Position numbers and translations under genes: made by a program. Below are positions 62,190-64,000 of a stretch of DNA of 64,000 bases, piece after piece. The notes under the pieces are model-generated. The model was given only the letters and a program-made list of their open reading frames with translations. It searched no databases and was not told the DNA's origin. Origin of the DNA: Squalus acanthias (taxonomy: Eukaryota). The stretch lies in assembly GCA_030390025.1 (NCBI GenBank), contig CM059432.1, positions 144,212,001 through 144,276,000 on the forward strand, given 5' to 3'. Each line of letters opens with the position of its first letter. The first letter of the stretch is position 1.

Positions 62190-62765
62190 GGTGGGGGTCT
62201 GGAACTCGCTGCCTGAAAGGGTGGTAGAGGCAGAACCCTCATCGCATTCAAAAAGTACCTGTACTTGGATATGCACTTGAAGTGCCGTAACCTGCAAGGC
62301 TACAGACCAAGAGCTGGAAAGTGGGATTAGGCTGGAGAGCTCTTTTTCAAACGGCGCAGGCACGATGAGCCGAATGGCCTCCTTCTGTGCCGTAAATTTC
62401 TAGGATTCTATGATTTGATCTTCTCTAGCCTGTTGATAGGTGTATTACACCCTCAACTTGCTCATATCTGTTTAGATTCACAAGGAGACATAGATACAAG
62501 ATTAAATGTAAGAGATTTAGGGCAGCGACCAGGAGAAACTTTTTTGTACAGAGGGTTGTGAGGCTGTGGAATCACTACTGGAGTTAGTGATTGAAGCAGA
62601 GACTATTTAAGAACAGGTTCGATAAGTGATTGAAGGAAAGGGGAATAAAGGGATATGGGAGCAGCAGGTACGTGGGATTAGGACACTGCTCCTGTGGAGA
62701 ATAAACACCAGCACGGACTGGTTGGGCCGAACAGCCTGTTTCCTTATTGTAATTTCTATGTAATT
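62190..62765 (+). mobile_element. Two CR1 3' fragments
   Basis: WNSLPERVVEAE.. and NFFVQRVVRLWN.. each with a CR1 3' UTR. Confidence 0.8.
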
Positions 62766-63338
62766 AATTTGTGTACTTATACTTATTTGCCTGTTACCCG
62801 TCTGATGTCCTCTCTTTGCCAATTTATCTAGTTTACTAGCTGTATATTTAATGGTCTCTCTTATCTGGGTGATCTGCTTAGCCTCTTCCCAAATTTATTT
62901 TCAAATTGTAGACATAACCTCCAACTTGAAGGGGAGCTCCACAGAATGGATCAGTTGAAAACGTCACAGTATTTCTGGTTTTGAAAACAGGATCCTTGCG
63001 GGTTTCAGTAAAGCTAAACTTCACAGGGTCTATTTTATGAAGACAGATTGAATTTCTATTGGTTTCTAAACAGGCTAACTATAGAACAAACAGTGGCAGT
63101 TACTGGATGCTCTCTGACAGCCTCACCATATTACCTGAAACCAACAGAGTAGGCTGGCTTTAAGTATTGGATGAAATGGCTTTATAAAAATATTCTAATC
63201 TAGTTGAGATAGCCAGATCACCAAATATTTGATCATGTTTTCCTCCCAAAGAACTGGTCAGTTTAAATTCTATAGCTCTTTGGTCAGGCTTACTGTGTAT
63301 TTCCAGCATTTTATTTTAGCCCTAGTATATATTTATTA

Positions 63339-63514
63339 CAAAAGCAAAATACTGCAGATGCTGGAAATCTGAAATAAAAACAGAGAATGCTGGAAATACT
63401 CAGCAGGTCAGGCAGCATCTGTGGAGAGAGAAACAGAGTTAACGTTTCAGGTCGATGACCCTGCGTCAGAACTGACGAAAGGTCATTGACCTGAAACGTT
63501 AACTCTGTTTCTCT
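63339..63514. mobile_element. Family B PLE-type palindromic mini-element with two hammerhead cores, in DPY19L1 intron 6
   Basis: 43-bp arms 63427-63469 and 63472-63514. Plus core CTGACGA-A-AGGTC-ATT-GACCT-GAAA-CG-TT-AACT; minus core AGTT-CTGACGC..GAAACGTT-AACT. Confidence 0.75.
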
Positions 63515-63622
63515 GACATCCCTATGGCTTATCAACCTATGAAACTTCAAAATAAATTAAAATTGTATGCTCAGAATAGAGGAATGAAATTGTAAATTAT
63601 GTCATTGTCTTTTCTTTTCCAG

Positions 63623-63680
63623 CGGGAGCAGGTTTGGCGGAGTGATCACTGTAGTTTGCTTTTTTTTTAACCACGGTGAG
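63623..63680 (+). CDS. DPY19L1: DPY19L1 exon 7 (SGSRFGGVITVVCFFFNHGE); gene continues beyond the window
   Basis: Conserved motif; TTTTCCAG acceptor, GTAAGT donor. Confidence 0.95.
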
Positions 63681-64000
63681 GTAAGTGTAAAAGTTACTTT
63701 TTTTCAAATTCCTTAAATCTTCCCGTGTTTATTTCAGCATCACTCTGAGGTCTTGAACATTTCCCCTTTGGACGAGGAAATTTTAGGGATGTTGTTCAGG
63801 TCTTGTTATAGGCTGGAAATCTAGCTCTCTCTTCCTGTGTCCTCGACCCCTACCAGTTCTCCCCCTCCCCTCCCCTCCCCTCCTGAAGCTCCTTGTTGGG
63901 GAATGATTCCAGAGGAGCCAGTCACCCTCTGATACCTCATTATTGGAGGAGTTGCGTATCAAACTGAATGCTTCACTCTTGACCTTACGGTGGTCATCAC

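Overview
Repeat-rich vertebrate genomic DNA, most likely a cartilaginous fish (inferred from dense CR1/L2 LINEs and SacSINE1-like DeuSINEs). One host gene is supported: the first seven coding exons of DPY19L1 (C-mannosyltransferase) on + from 48467, including a 25-nt microexon and a 94-nt GC-AG intron; the gene continues past the window end. The rest is nested mobile DNA: CR1 and L2 LINEs, a Tx1/L1 fragment, SINEs, two-gene Harbinger transposons (one TIR-to-TIR at 37442-43520), MITEs and several minisatellites. The most notable system is a set of Penelope-like retroelement (PLE) termini. Nine copies from two families carry minimal type-I hammerhead ribozyme motifs (some degenerate), with compensatory stem changes between copies. 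They occur in a GIY-YIG-encoding element with a ~696-bp inverted arm and in tiny non-coding palindromic elements. These short copies repeatedly break at the 5' edge of the ribozyme, three insertions cluster in one CR1 copy, and one palindrome sits in a DPY19L1 intron. An assembly gap lies at 49334-49610. Repeat family names come from recalled motifs, not database searches.
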